Assembly: GCA_964478715.1 (NCBI GenBank)
Contig: CAYZIY010000006.1
Location: 23,186-87,185, forward strand
DNA: 64,000 bases
Direction: 5' to 3'
From: an uncultured Planctomycetales bacterium
Lineage (GTDB): Bacteria; Omnitrophota; Gorgyraeia; Zapsychrales; JBDRMG01
Part shown: positions 1-9,044 of the stretch, in pieces
Layout: every line of letters starts with the position of its first letter
How positions within the stretch are numbered: position 1 is the first letter of the stretch
Program-made: the position numbers and the translations under genes
Notes under the pieces: model-generated
The model's input: the letters and a program-made list of their open reading frames with translations, nothing else
Databases searched by the model: none
What the model was told of the DNA's origin: nothing

Positions 1-55
1 AAAAATTGGCGTAGTTTGTTGCCATGATTCAATTCTTTATATGCAAGGAGTAAAA

Positions 56-1261
56 ATGAAAAAGATCGGCGTGATTACAAGCGGTGGAGATTGCGGAGGA
101 TTAAATGCAGTTGTCAAAGGCGTAGCCCAGATGGCTCATCGCCAGGGTATTTCCTGTCATATTATTCCTAATGGATATGCCGGGCTCTATAATCTTTTGG
201 AATTTGACCGGCTGGTGGAGCTGAATCCCGAGCGCGTTGATTCAGTTAATTCCAATCTGGCCGGCTCAGAGGCTGGGCATTCCCGTGTCAAAATAAGAAA
301 AATCAATGATGAAAAGAAATATGATCGCATCAAAGAGGGTTTAAAGAAATTCGGAATCGAAGGCCTTGTGATCAGCGGCGGAGATGATACGGGTTCTGTG
401 ATGGTCGATCTGACGGCTCAGGGTATTGCCTGTGTCCATGCTCCTAAGACAATGGATTTGGATCTGCAAACGTATTCTGTCGGCGGTGATTCGACGGTCA
501 GCCGGATTGCCAGTTATGCCGAAGAAATCAAAACAACCGGACGTACTCATAATCGGATTATCGTAATGGAAGTTTTTGGCCGCTATGCCGGACACACGGC
601 TTTTCGTGGTGGCGTGGCTGCTGATGCGGATGCGATTCTGATTCCCGAGATTCCCGCCGACTTCAATATTCTCTACGATCACATGAAAAAGAGATATGTG
701 AGCCGTATTGAGCAAAGCGATGTGAATGCCGGAACTTATCTGATTATCGTGGCTGAAGGATTAAGGGATGCCAGTGGTCAGGAATTGGTTGATGAATCCG
801 CTGGTGTTGATGCGTTCGGCCATAAAAAACTGGCCGGGGCAGCCAAATTTGTCTGCCAGGAATTGACCAAGCGTCTGAGGAATGATGAGCAAATCAAGGA
901 ATTTATGAAAAAGACAAGAATGTACGTGGAAGGGCTGTACGAAATTCCCGAGGTGCGTTCGGTTTCTCCGGGGCATTTGGTCCGCTCGGGTCATTCTTCG
1001 GCTTTTGACGCGAATTTCGGGAAAGAAGCCGGGGCGGCTGCCGTGATGCTTTTAAGGCAAAAAATAACAGGCGTTACCGTTGTTGGAATTGAGGGAAAAA
1101 CAATCCGTTATATGGCCACCAAGGATGCAATTGTCCAGCGTCACGTGGATTTAGATATCGTTGGCTTACACGAGAATCTGGGAATCTGCTTCGGGCGCAA
1201 GAAAGAGATGATCAAGCCGGAATTCAAGGAAGTGCAAGGCAGGATCGAGAGGCATTTGTAG
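56..1261 (+). CDS. pfkA: 6-phosphofructokinase, probably PPi-dependent
   Basis: Motifs TSGGDCGGLN, GGDDT, PKTMDLD, MEVFGRYAGH. SD AAGGAG lies just upstream of the ATG at 56; the ORF track starts at 41. Confidence 0.92.
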   Translation: MKKIGVITSGGDCGGLNAVVKGVAQMAHRQGISCHIIPNGYAGLYNLLEFDRLVELNPERVDSVNSNLAGSEAGHSRVKIRKINDEKKYDRIKEGLKKFGIEGLVISGGDDTGSVMVDLTAQGIACVHAPKTMDLDLQTYSVGGDSTVSRIASYAEEIKTTGRTHNRIIVMEVFGRYAGHTAFRGGVAADADAILIPEIPADFNILYDHMKKRYVSRIEQSDVNAGTYLIIVAEGLRDASGQELVDESAGVDAFGHKKLAGAAKFVCQELTKRLRNDEQIKEFMKKTRMYVEGLYEIPEVRSVSPGHLVRSGHSSAFDANFGKEAGAAAVMLLRQKITGVTVVGIEGKTIRYMATKDAIVQRHVDLDIVGLHENLGICFGRKKEMIKPEFKEVQGRIERHL

Positions 1262-1283
1262 AGATTTTCTTAAGATGATTCAC

Positions 1284-1320
1284 TCCCCACGCTGGCATCT
1301 GTCGGCGTGGGGATTTTTTT
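1284..1320 (+). terminator. Rho-independent terminator of pfkA
   Basis: Stem TCCCCACGCTGGCA / TGTCGGCGTGGGGA followed by a T7 tract, between convergent genes. Confidence 0.85.
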
Positions 1321-1344
1321 GCACGCAACGATTGAAAAGGAATA

Positions 1345-2190
1345 TTATTTGAAGATGTCTGCAAGAGAATCAATAATATCCGAAGCGATTAAAGATGTTT
1401 TGGAGCGTTTCTCGGCGGCCCTGTTTCCTGCCCGCCCATGGACTAAAACTCCCCACTTCGCGGCTTCATAATCAGAAAGACCCTGAGCTAAGAAGGCCGC
1501 AATGATTCCTGTTAAAACATCCCCTGATCCGGCTGTGGCCATTCCGGAATTGCCGGCTTCCTGGATGGTGATCTTTCCGCTTTGATGGGCAATGACTGTT
1601 TTGTGGCCTTTGAGCACAACGGTGCATTGATTCTTTCGAGCAAAATCAGCAGCAACCGTCTTTCTATTTTTCTCAATGAATGATTTTTCAAAACCTGTTA
1701 ATCGGGCCATTTCGCCGGGGTGAGGGGTGAGAATGCGGGTCTTTGCGTTTTTGTGAAGATTATCTTTGTTACTGGCCAAGGCATTGAGGGCGTCGGCGTC
1801 GACAACGGTTGGTAGAGCAACGCTTTCGTAAATCTTCAGGATGAGCTTTTGTGTGCTCTTGTTCTGAGAAAGGCCGGGACCAAGAGCCATGACAGTACAT
1901 TTCTTTGCAAAGGCAGCAATTTCTTTGTAAGCGCTTAAAGAAAGGGTCTGTTGAGGGGTTTCTTTAAGGCTCCTCGACATGACAACAAAAGGAATCTTTT
2001 TCTGAGCAACTGTGTTGAGACTTTTGGGGACACCAAGGGTGGTTAATCCCGCGCCTGAGCGCATGGCGGCAAGAGTTATGAGGCCGGCTGCTCCCATCAT
2101 GTGACGCGATCCGGCCAGCACAAAAACATGACCGAAATTATTCTTGTGGACGTTCTTTTTATTCCGTAATAAGGGCGCTGGCAACCGCAT
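1345..2190 (-). CDS. nnrD: ADP-dependent NAD(P)H-hydrate dehydratase (stand-alone YjeF C-terminal domain)
   Basis: Motifs HKNNFGHV, GPGL, VVDADAL, LTPHPGEMARL, MATAGSGDVLTG. Confidence 0.92.
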   Translation of the reverse strand: MRLPAPLLRNKKNVHKNNFGHVFVLAGSRHMMGAAGLITLAAMRSGAGLTTLGVPKSLNTVAQKKIPFVVMSRSLKETPQQTLSLSAYKEIAAFAKKCTVMALGPGLSQNKSTQKLILKIYESVALPTVVDADALNALASNKDNLHKNAKTRILTPHPGEMARLTGFEKSFIEKNRKTVAADFARKNQCTVVLKGHKTVIAHQSGKITIQEAGNSGMATAGSGDVLTGIIAAFLAQGLSDYEAAKWGVLVHGRAGNRAAEKRSKTSLIASDIIDSLADIFK

Positions 2191-2509
2191 AATTTTCGGT
2201 GTGAGAAATCGAAACGAGAATGGTTTGCGAGCAGTCTTTCTCGCAGAAGACGCAAACCGGTCTTCCGTTTTTCTGGTTCATGATCTTAATGTCTTTCCAG
2301 TTAATGTGGGCGTTTTCGCCAAAGGCTTTTAGAACGGCTTCCTTGGCCGCGAACCGGCCCGCATAATGCTGCTGCGGGAAGCGTTGTTTATTGGCGTAGG
2401 CGATCTCATCCTCTGTAAAAACATGCCTGAGAAAAGATTCCCCCCAGCGTTCGATCGCTTTCTGGATCCGTTGCACTTCGATAATATCTATACCGCTTCC
2501 CTTGATCAT
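2159..2509 (-). CDS. acpS: holo-[acyl-carrier-protein] synthase
   Basis: Motifs GIDIIEV, AGRFAAKEAVLKA, VSISH. Confidence 0.95.
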   Translation of the reverse strand: MIKGSGIDIIEVQRIQKAIERWGESFLRHVFTEDEIAYANKQRFPQQHYAGRFAAKEAVLKAFGENAHINWKDIKIMNQKNGRPVCVFCEKDCSQTILVSISHTENYAVASALITE

Positions 2510-2510
2510 G

Positions 2511-3227
2511 TCAACCTTTGGCTAGAGTCAGCATTTCTTTAACGGCTTTTTTGAGCCCCGCAAAAATAGAGCGGGATATGATGCTGTGGCCGATATTTAA
2601 TTCTTCAATGCCTGCAATGCGGGCCACGGCCCTGGTGTTTTGATAATTGAGGCCGTGGCCCGCATGAACAATCAAGCCCATCTCCTGCGCGGTTTGGACG
2701 GCTTTTTTCAGCTTGGCTAATTGTTTTGAAACTGCCTTTCTTGTTCTGGCCTGCGCATAATTTCCGGTGTGAAGCTCAATGGCATCACAACCTGTCTCTT
2801 TGGCGCATTGGATCTGCCTCTCTGAGGGATCAATAAAAAGACTCACCAGAATTCCTTTTCCTTGGAGCCTTCCAACAATATTTTTGATTCTGCGTATTTG
2901 TTTGCAAACGTCAAGGCCTCCCTCTGTTGTCAATTCCTGCCTTTTTTCTGGAACGAGCGTTGCCTGATCAGGCCTTAAGCGGCAGGCAATAGCAACGATA
3001 TCCTTTTGGATGGACATCTCCAGATTAAACTTGGTTTTCACTTGTCTGTTTAAAAGGCGAACATCGCGGTCATTGATATGCCGGCGATCTTCGCGCAGAT
3101 GAGCGACAATGGCATGTGCGCCTGCCTGCTCAATGATTTTGACGCCCTTCAGAGGATCAGGGTGCCCTTCTCTTCTGGCCTGACGAACTGTTGCGATATG
3201 GTCGATATTGACACCGAGCTTAGGCAT
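2511..3227 (-). CDS. pdxJ: pyridoxine 5'-phosphate synthase
   Basis: Motifs LGVNIDHIAT, HLREDRRHI, AGHGLNY, ELNIGHSII. Confidence 0.97.
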   Translation of the reverse strand: MPKLGVNIDHIATVRQARREGHPDPLKGVKIIEQAGAHAIVAHLREDRRHINDRDVRLLNRQVKTKFNLEMSIQKDIVAIACRLRPDQATLVPEKRQELTTEGGLDVCKQIRRIKNIVGRLQGKGILVSLFIDPSERQIQCAKETGCDAIELHTGNYAQARTRKAVSKQLAKLKKAVQTAQEMGLIVHAGHGLNYQNTRAVARIAGIEELNIGHSIISRSIFAGLKKAVKEMLTLAKG

Positions 3228-3230
3228 GGC

Positions 3231-3338
3231 TCAAGGAATAGGCCGGACTTCAAAATAAACGTACAGCCAGGTAATGATGGCGAGCGCTAAGGCGATAATC
3301 TTCAAACCGATATTATTGATAAAAAAGTCTCTGATCAT
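3231..3338 (-). CDS. 35-aa CdaR/YbbR N-terminal-like single-TM peptide (not in ORF track)
   Basis: Manual translation gives MIRDFFINNIGLKIIALALAIITWLYVYFEVRPIP*. Its ATG overlaps the cdaA stop (ATGA) and it fills the cdaA-pdxJ gap. Confidence 0.75.
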   Translation of the reverse strand: MIRDFFINNIGLKIIALALAIITWLYVYFEVRPIP

Positions 3339-4129
3339 TTCTTATTCTGCGGTTTAATAAACAGACTTTTCAAGATATTGGCAAAACGTTCTCTGTTGAC
3401 AATCGGAATAAATCGTCCGTCATCGGCAATAGAAATTTCCCGGGTTTCTTCCGAAACCATAACGACAATAGCATCCGTTTGCTCTGTTAACCCCAGCGCA
3501 GCCCGATGGCGCGTGCCGATGATTTTATTGAAATTCGGATTCTCGGATAAAGGAAAAAGACAGGCCGCGGCACAGATTCTCTCCCCCCGGATGATAACTC
3601 CTCCGTCATGCAGCGGGGATGTCGTGACAAAAATGCTTTGAAGCAGTTCCGAGCTGATCTTGCTGTCAATGATTACTCCGCTTTCGATGTGAGTTTTGAG
3701 CTGAGTTTCACGTTCGATTGCAATCAGGCAACCGATCTTTTTCTGGGATAATTTATGAACCGCATCGGAAATCTGTTCAATCAAAGCCACAATTTCCGAT
3801 TCTTCTAAAGCGACGTTAAAAAGATGTTGTTGACCTAAGCGCGCAAGCCCCTGGCGGAGTTCCTGCTGAAAGATGATCAATACAGCTATAATGGAAATAG
3901 CGAAAAGTTTTGTGAGCAGCCAATTGAGAGTATGCAGATACAGAAGCTGGCTTAAAAGAAAAGCAATTGTGATATAGGTCATTCCCTTGAGAACCTGAAA
4001 GGCCCGGGTTCCCTGAAAAAAAACCAGAATTTTGTAGAAGACGTACCATAAAATCAAAATCTCAAAAAGCGTTTTAATCGAAAATAAAATAACACTATCG
4101 GGGGCAAAAATTAATTTTAATTGTTCCAT
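3335..4129 (-). CDS. cdaA: diadenylate cyclase CdaA (membrane-bound DAC)
   Basis: Three N-terminal TM helices; motifs FQQELR, PLHDGG, GTRHRAALG, VSEET. Confidence 0.95.
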   Translation of the reverse strand: MEQLKLIFAPDSVILFSIKTLFEILILWYVFYKILVFFQGTRAFQVLKGMTYITIAFLLSQLLYLHTLNWLLTKLFAISIIAVLIIFQQELRQGLARLGQQHLFNVALEESEIVALIEQISDAVHKLSQKKIGCLIAIERETQLKTHIESGVIIDSKISSELLQSIFVTTSPLHDGGVIIRGERICAAACLFPLSENPNFNKIIGTRHRAALGLTEQTDAIVVMVSEETREISIADDGRFIPIVNRERFANILKSLFIKPQNKK

Positions 4130-4144
4130 TGGAAATAATATTTT

Positions 4145-5017
4145 CTATGCGAAACAGATTGCGTCGCTCAAGCGAACTACTTGCTTCATCTCTCTAACAT
4201 CATGGACTCTGATGATATGGACTCCCCGGGATATTGCCACAGCAACCGAAGCCGCGGTTCCCAGCATTCGATGACAAACATCTTGTTTTAACACTTTTCC
4301 GATAAAGGACTTACGGGATGTTCCGATTAGAAGCGGCAGATTAAGACAGTGAAATTTATCAAGCTGTTGCAAAATCTTTAGATTATGCTCGACCGTCTTG
4401 CCAAACCCGATTCCCGGATCAATTATTATTCTATCCGATTTGATTCCGATTTCCAAGCACTTTTCAGCAGATTTTTTTAGCTCTCGAATAATTTCTTTGA
4501 CGATACTTTTGTAGCGAATATTTTTTTGCATGGTTTTGGGTTTTCCTCTGATGTGCATCAGGACAATGGCGGCATCAAATTTCTTTACGGTTTTGAGCAA
4601 ATCCTCATCACAATGAGTTCCCAGAATATTATTGACCATGCTGGCTCCTGCTTTGAGAGCGGCTAGCGCTACTTCCGGCTTATAAGTATCAATAGAGAGC
4701 GGTTTTCTGGTTATTTTCCTTAAGGCCTTAATAACGGGAACGACACGCTTGATTTCCTCTTGAACGGATACCGGATTTGATCCTGGACGGGTGGATTCTC
4801 CCCCGACATCAAGGATATGCGCTCCTTCTTTGAGCTGATGTTCAGCTTTTTGAATAATAGATTTTAGAGATAAAGACTTTTTGAGGCATCCGTCACCGCT
4901 AAAGGAATCCGGTGTGATGTTCAAAATTGCCATGATTTTTGTTTCTCGATATAAAGGAATGCGATGTTGGCGGGCTTTAAGCAGATAGGACGGGTGTTTT
5001 CTGATAACCGGATTCAT
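4145..5017 (-). CDS. folP: dihydropteroate synthase
   Basis: Motifs ILNITPDSFS, DVGGESTRPG, DPGIGFGK, SRKSFIG, RVHDV. Confidence 0.97.
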   Translation of the reverse strand: MNPVIRKHPSYLLKARQHRIPLYRETKIMAILNITPDSFSGDGCLKKSLSLKSIIQKAEHQLKEGAHILDVGGESTRPGSNPVSVQEEIKRVVPVIKALRKITRKPLSIDTYKPEVALAALKAGASMVNNILGTHCDEDLLKTVKKFDAAIVLMHIRGKPKTMQKNIRYKSIVKEIIRELKKSAEKCLEIGIKSDRIIIDPGIGFGKTVEHNLKILQQLDKFHCLNLPLLIGTSRKSFIGKVLKQDVCHRMLGTAASVAVAISRGVHIIRVHDVREMKQVVRLSDAICFA

Positions 5018-5035
5018 GTATGAAGCATTATCGTC

Positions 5036-6970
5036 TTATGCGGATTGAGGAGGTGGCGCAGCCCCACCCTCTTGTTCCTTGACTTCGCCTGTCTCGATTC
5101 TCAATAATTCTTTGGCTTCCTCAACGTCAAGAACTTCTCTTTCCATCAATGCCTGGGCCAGCTGGTTGAGCTTTTGTCTGTTTTCGTTTAAAAGCTTTTT
5201 CCCGCGACTGTAAGACTGTTCCACAAAAAGGCGGACCTCATCATCAATAGCTTTCGCTGTTTCCTCGCTGTAATCCTTTTGTTCCATCATATCCCGGCCC
5301 AAAAACAACTGATGATTATGGCGGCCCAATGTGAGGGTGCCCAGCCGTTCACTCATTCCAAATTCGCAGACCATTTTTCGGGCGATTTGAGTGGAGGCCT
5401 GCAGGTCGTTTTGCGCGCCGGTGGTGATATTTTTCAGGCAGATTTCTTCCGATGCGCGACCCCCCAGCGTTACCGCGATCTTGCCAAAAAGTTCCTCTTT
5501 GCTCCAATAGTGCCGGTCTTCGATGGGAGGCGTCATGGTATATCCACCGGCCATGCCTCGGGGAATAATCGAAACTTTTGTAAAGGGATCAACCTCTTCA
5601 ATCAAAAGGGAAAGCAGCGCGTGACCCGCTTCATGGTAGGCCGTGATTTCTTTTTCTTTCCTTGATATCTTACGCGATTTTTTCTCCGGCCCCATTGTGA
5701 CCCGTTCGATAGCGGCCACAAATTCATCATTACCGATAGCTTCTTTATCTTTACGGGCGGCTAAAAGAGCAGCCTCGTTACAGACATTAGCCAAATCGGC
5801 GCCAGAGAAATAAACTGTCTGCCGAGCGATTTTTTTAAAATCAACATCAAGCTCCAGCTTTAGATTTTTAGTATGCACTTTAAGGATTGCCTCTCGTCCG
5901 AGGATATCCGGAAGCGAGACGACGATTTGCCGGTCGAATCGGCCGGGTCGAAGCAGGGCCGGGTCCAGGGTATCCGGACGGTTGGTTGCCGCAATCAAAA
6001 TAAGTCCGGCTTGTGTGTCAAAACCATCCATTTCGACAAGCAGCGCGTTTAAGGTTTGCTCCCGTTCGTCATGGCCGCCGCCGATTCCCGAAAATCTCAA
6101 TCGACCAACCGCGTCGATTTCATCAATAAAAACAATACAGCCCTTGCCGGACATTTTCGAAGCCTTGCGGCCTTGCTCAAAAAGATCCCGAACACGGGAA
6201 GCGCCAACACCGACAAACATCTCGACAAAATCTGAGCCGCTTAAGGAAAAAAACGGGACTCCAGCTTCACCGGCAACGGCTTTAGCCAAAAGCGTTTTTC
6301 CTGTTCCCGGGGGACCTATCAAGAGGACGCCTTTGGGTATTTTTCCTCCGAGACGCTGGAATCTTTTTGGTTCTTTTAGGAATTCAATTACTTCCTGAAG
6401 TTCTTCTTTTTCTTCGTCAACTCCGGCCACATCGTTGAATGTGATTCGTCCCTGCTCATTATTGGTATTGATTTTAGCGCGCGATTTTCCAAAGGACCAA
6501 ATCTTATTGCCCAGCTGGGCGCCCCTGTTGGACATCCACCAGAAAAACAGGATCAAAAGACCGATCGGCAATAGGCTCCCCAGAATGCTCCAGAGAACAC
6601 TGGGCTTTTCGACCTTAAAATCGTCGACATTTTTTCTCAGCAGATCCAGAAGGACTTTGTCGTCTTCGGGAATGGTTACCCGGAAGCGTGTTCCATCCGA
6701 GCGGACACCATCAAGCATGGTTTCGGTTTTCACCACAGAGGCAATTTTCTGGGTTTTTTTGTTGCCTTGAAGGAGTTTGTAAAACTCGCTGTATTTTATC
6801 TCAACGGGATTGGTCAAGGATCCGGTTGTTTGAAACTGACTGAGAAGCAGCATCATCGCAAAGATAATAAATACCCAGAGAAAAATATTATTGTTGGGCT
6901 GCGGCGGAAGATCTTTTCTTCCCGGTTTTCGCTTGGGAGTATTTTTTTTGTTAGGTCTTTGATTGTCCAT
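5036..6970 (-). CDS. ftsH: ATP-dependent zinc metalloprotease FtsH
   Basis: Two TM helices, Walker [12 protein letters not shown] region, HEAGH zinc motif. Confidence 0.98.
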   Translation of the reverse strand: MDNQRPNKKNTPKRKPGRKDLPPQPNNNIFLWVFIIFAMMLLLSQFQTTGSLTNPVEIKYSEFYKLLQGNKKTQKIASVVKTETMLDGVRSDGTRFRVTIPEDDKVLLDLLRKNVDDFKVEKPSVLWSILGSLLPIGLLILFFWWMSNRGAQLGNKIWSFGKSRAKINTNNEQGRITFNDVAGVDEEKEELQEVIEFLKEPKRFQRLGGKIPKGVLLIGPPGTGKTLLAKAVAGEAGVPFFSLSGSDFVEMFVGVGASRVRDLFEQGRKASKMSGKGCIVFIDEIDAVGRLRFSGIGGGHDEREQTLNALLVEMDGFDTQAGLILIAATNRPDTLDPALLRPGRFDRQIVVSLPDILGREAILKVHTKNLKLELDVDFKKIARQTVYFSGADLANVCNEAALLAARKDKEAIGNDEFVAAIERVTMGPEKKSRKISRKEKEITAYHEAGHALLSLLIEEVDPFTKVSIIPRGMAGGYTMTPPIEDRHYWSKEELFGKIAVTLGGRASEEICLKNITTGAQNDLQASTQIARKMVCEFGMSERLGTLTLGRHNHQLFLGRDMMEQKDYSEETAKAIDDEVRLFVEQSYSRGKKLLNENRQKLNQLAQALMEREVLDVEEAKELLRIETGEVKEQEGGAAPPPQSA

Positions 6971-6995
6971 TTTTCATCTTTTAAGTATAGCGCTC

Positions 6996-7024
6996 ATTAT
7001 ATGACGGAATGTGCGCTAAATCAA
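6996..7024 (-). promoter_or_regulatory. putative sigma70 promoter of ftsH
   Basis: TTGATT-N17-TATAAT on the minus strand. Confidence 0.6.
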
Positions 7025-8007
7025 GGCTTTCTTATAGAGAAGATGACAGCGGATGGTTTTTTTTGGACCCAAATACCAAAAGGCAGATGCACGCAAGAAC
7101 CGACCGGTCGCTGGATGATGAGCTGATCTAGCTCAAGAAGATGTGAAAAAGAGATTCGACGGGTGTGCCCGACAATTTTTTCTATGGCTAAGCGAAGAAT
7201 CATTCTTTGCAGAGAGACAGGTTGTTGTCTCCATTTATCCAGAGATAATACAGTTTGGCCCGCTGGTTCTTTCTTGACAATTCTGTGGTAGATTTTTTCT
7301 CCCGATTGTCGAAGAAAAGAGTAGTCTTCAAGGGCTGTCCGGCCCAAATAACTCAGAATAGTTCGCATTTGACTTTGATATTCTTTTTCAAGATGAGGTA
7401 AAAGTTTATGGCGTATTCTGTTTCGTAAAAGATTTGTGTTTCGATTGCTGGGATCATGGCAATATTTGATTTTATTCTTCCTTAGATAATCTTTGATTTG
7501 GGATCGACTGATGTTTATCAGCGGTCGAATGAGGCGGATGTGGTCGCGCTCTGCGCAAGGACTTATTCCCTTAAGGCCTTGCAGACCTGTTCCCCTGATA
7601 ATACGCATGAGAACCGTTTCCGCCAAATCATCCTGATGGTGCCCTAAGGCGACGGCGGCAGCTTTATGTTTTATGGCTGCCTGAATCAGGAAACCCAAAC
7701 GCCTCTCCCTGGCCTGTTCTTCTAGGTTTCCCTTTGCTTTCTTGAGATCCAACACTTTTTTGCAAATAATAACACATTGATTTTCTCGCGCGGCTTTTTC
7801 TGTAAACTTCTGAAATCTATCTGAATCTTTAAGTAATCCATGATTGAAGTGGGCTACAAGGAGTTGTATGCCCAGTCGGTGTCGTAAACGGATCAGGATA
7901 TTCAGCAGGGCTATGGAATCAGGTCCTCCGGAGACAGCGACAATGATCCGCTCTCCTTTCTGGATCATGACATGATCGTTAATCGTTTTCTCGATTTCTT
8001 TAAGCAT
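7021..8007 (-). CDS. tilS: tRNA(Ile)-lysidine synthetase
   Basis: Motifs AVSGGPDS, GHHQDDLAET, LIRPL, DPSN, RNRIRH; directly upstream of ftsH. Confidence 0.95.
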   Translation of the reverse strand: MLKEIEKTINDHVMIQKGERIIVAVSGGPDSIALLNILIRLRHRLGIQLLVAHFNHGLLKDSDRFQKFTEKAARENQCVIICKKVLDLKKAKGNLEEQARERRLGFLIQAAIKHKAAAVALGHHQDDLAETVLMRIIRGTGLQGLKGISPCAERDHIRLIRPLINISRSQIKDYLRKNKIKYCHDPSNRNTNLLRNRIRHKLLPHLEKEYQSQMRTILSYLGRTALEDYSFLRQSGEKIYHRIVKKEPAGQTVLSLDKWRQQPVSLQRMILRLAIEKIVGHTRRISFSHLLELDQLIIQRPVGSCVHLPFGIWVQKKPSAVIFSIRKP

Positions 8008-8011
8008 AAAA

Positions 8012-8104
8012 TTAAAAGCGATCCATCCATTTCACGCCAAAGACCGTGATCAATGTGAAGAGGCAGATGACAACAGCAATGGTGGCAAGGACTTTAAGGA
8101 TCAA
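8012..8104 (-). CDS. putative 30-aa single-TM small protein (not in ORF track)
   Basis: TTG start overlaps the upstream stop (TTGA); translates to MILKVLATIAVVICLFTLITVFGVKWMDRF*; fills the gap to tilS. Confidence 0.5.
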   Translation of the reverse strand: MILKVLATIAVVICLFTLITVFGVKWMDRF

Positions 8105-8640
8105 TTTCCCTGGATACCCCGTTTTTCTTTTCGGGCTTCCCGATAGGCTTGACGCAGTTGATCGGCGTACTTAGTATTGGGCACAACGATTCTCAGCTGG
8201 GCGTAACCGTTTTCAAGGACGAGAGAATTGACGAATGATCCATCCTTTAGAAAGGCATAGGCAAATGTGGAATAGTCGTTATCTTTCCTGAGATCATCAA
8301 ATTCGAGACGCACATGTTGGCCCTCAAGAAGATCTTTAACATAATAAAGAGCTCTTTCATTTAACGGGATCAGGGGGCTGGCTTCCCTGATAATGATTCC
8401 ATGTTCGTCGGTTTTGATTTCTTTTTTTTCCGGTAAAGGCAGAGCCTTGAGGCCAATCAGCCGGATTTTCTCCCCGCTTTCTAAGATCAACAAATCCGTG
8501 CTGAGGACTTCTTTAATGAGCACGCTTTGGTATCGTTCATCTGTATGAAAAAGCGGCTCGCAAGACACAAAATCTTGCGGCATCGCGACGATCAGTCCAC
8601 AAGTAAACAAAAACGTAATGGTGAGGCAGCGAAGTTTCAT
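8101..8640 (-). CDS. thermonuclease (SNase-like) family protein, catalytic residues degenerate
   Basis: Signal/TM segment; GEKIRLIGL, FVNSLVLENGYA, AYREARKEKRGI resemble SNase fold elements. Confidence 0.8.
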   Translation of the reverse strand: MKLRCLTITFLFTCGLIVAMPQDFVSCEPLFHTDERYQSVLIKEVLSTDLLILESGEKIRLIGLKALPLPEKKEIKTDEHGIIIREASPLIPLNERALYYVKDLLEGQHVRLEFDDLRKDNDYSTFAYAFLKDGSFVNSLVLENGYAQLRIVVPNTKYADQLRQAYREARKEKRGIQGN

Positions 8641-9044
8641 TTTCTTTTTTCTAGGCTATATTGTCCAGGTCCGATGATGGCTAAACTTATAAATATAATA
8701 AATAGTTTTAAAGGATGACTGAAGACCGAGAATTCCTGCCCATTATTGATATGCATCATGGTGGCGACGAACATAGTTAGCGCTAATAATACATTGGCCC
8801 AGCGAAAAAGAAATCCTGCTGTCAGCAGAAATCCTCCAAGAAATTCGGCAACAGAGGCCAGGAATCCAAAAAGTGTGGGGGCAAAATAAATTCCGACACT
8901 GGCCGTTGCCATTCCTAAAGATTTCCAGACCTCGGGTCCTCCCGTTATTTTGGGCCATCCGTGAAGCATCATCATAATGCCTAATCCACAACGCAGGATG
9001 AGCAATCCAGTGTCTTTATTTTCTTTCAAAAAAATATTACGCAT
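8637..9044 (-). CDS. DoxX family membrane protein
   Basis: GLLILR..LG..M..HGWPKI, EFLGG, GPGQYSL. SD AAGGAGGT precedes the ATG at 9044. Confidence 0.9.
   Translation of the reverse strand: MRNIFLKENKDTGLLILRCGLGIMMMLHGWPKITGGPEVWKSLGMATASVGIYFAPTLFGFLASVAEFLGGFLLTAGFLFRWANVLLALTMFVATMMHINNGQEFSVFSHPLKLFIIFISLAIIGPGQYSLEKRK

Noticed and set aside
6987-7019. Canonical CIRCE element upstream of ftsH
   Set aside because: The half-sites are similar, but the spacer is 15 nt rather than 9. Kept only as a generic inverted repeat.
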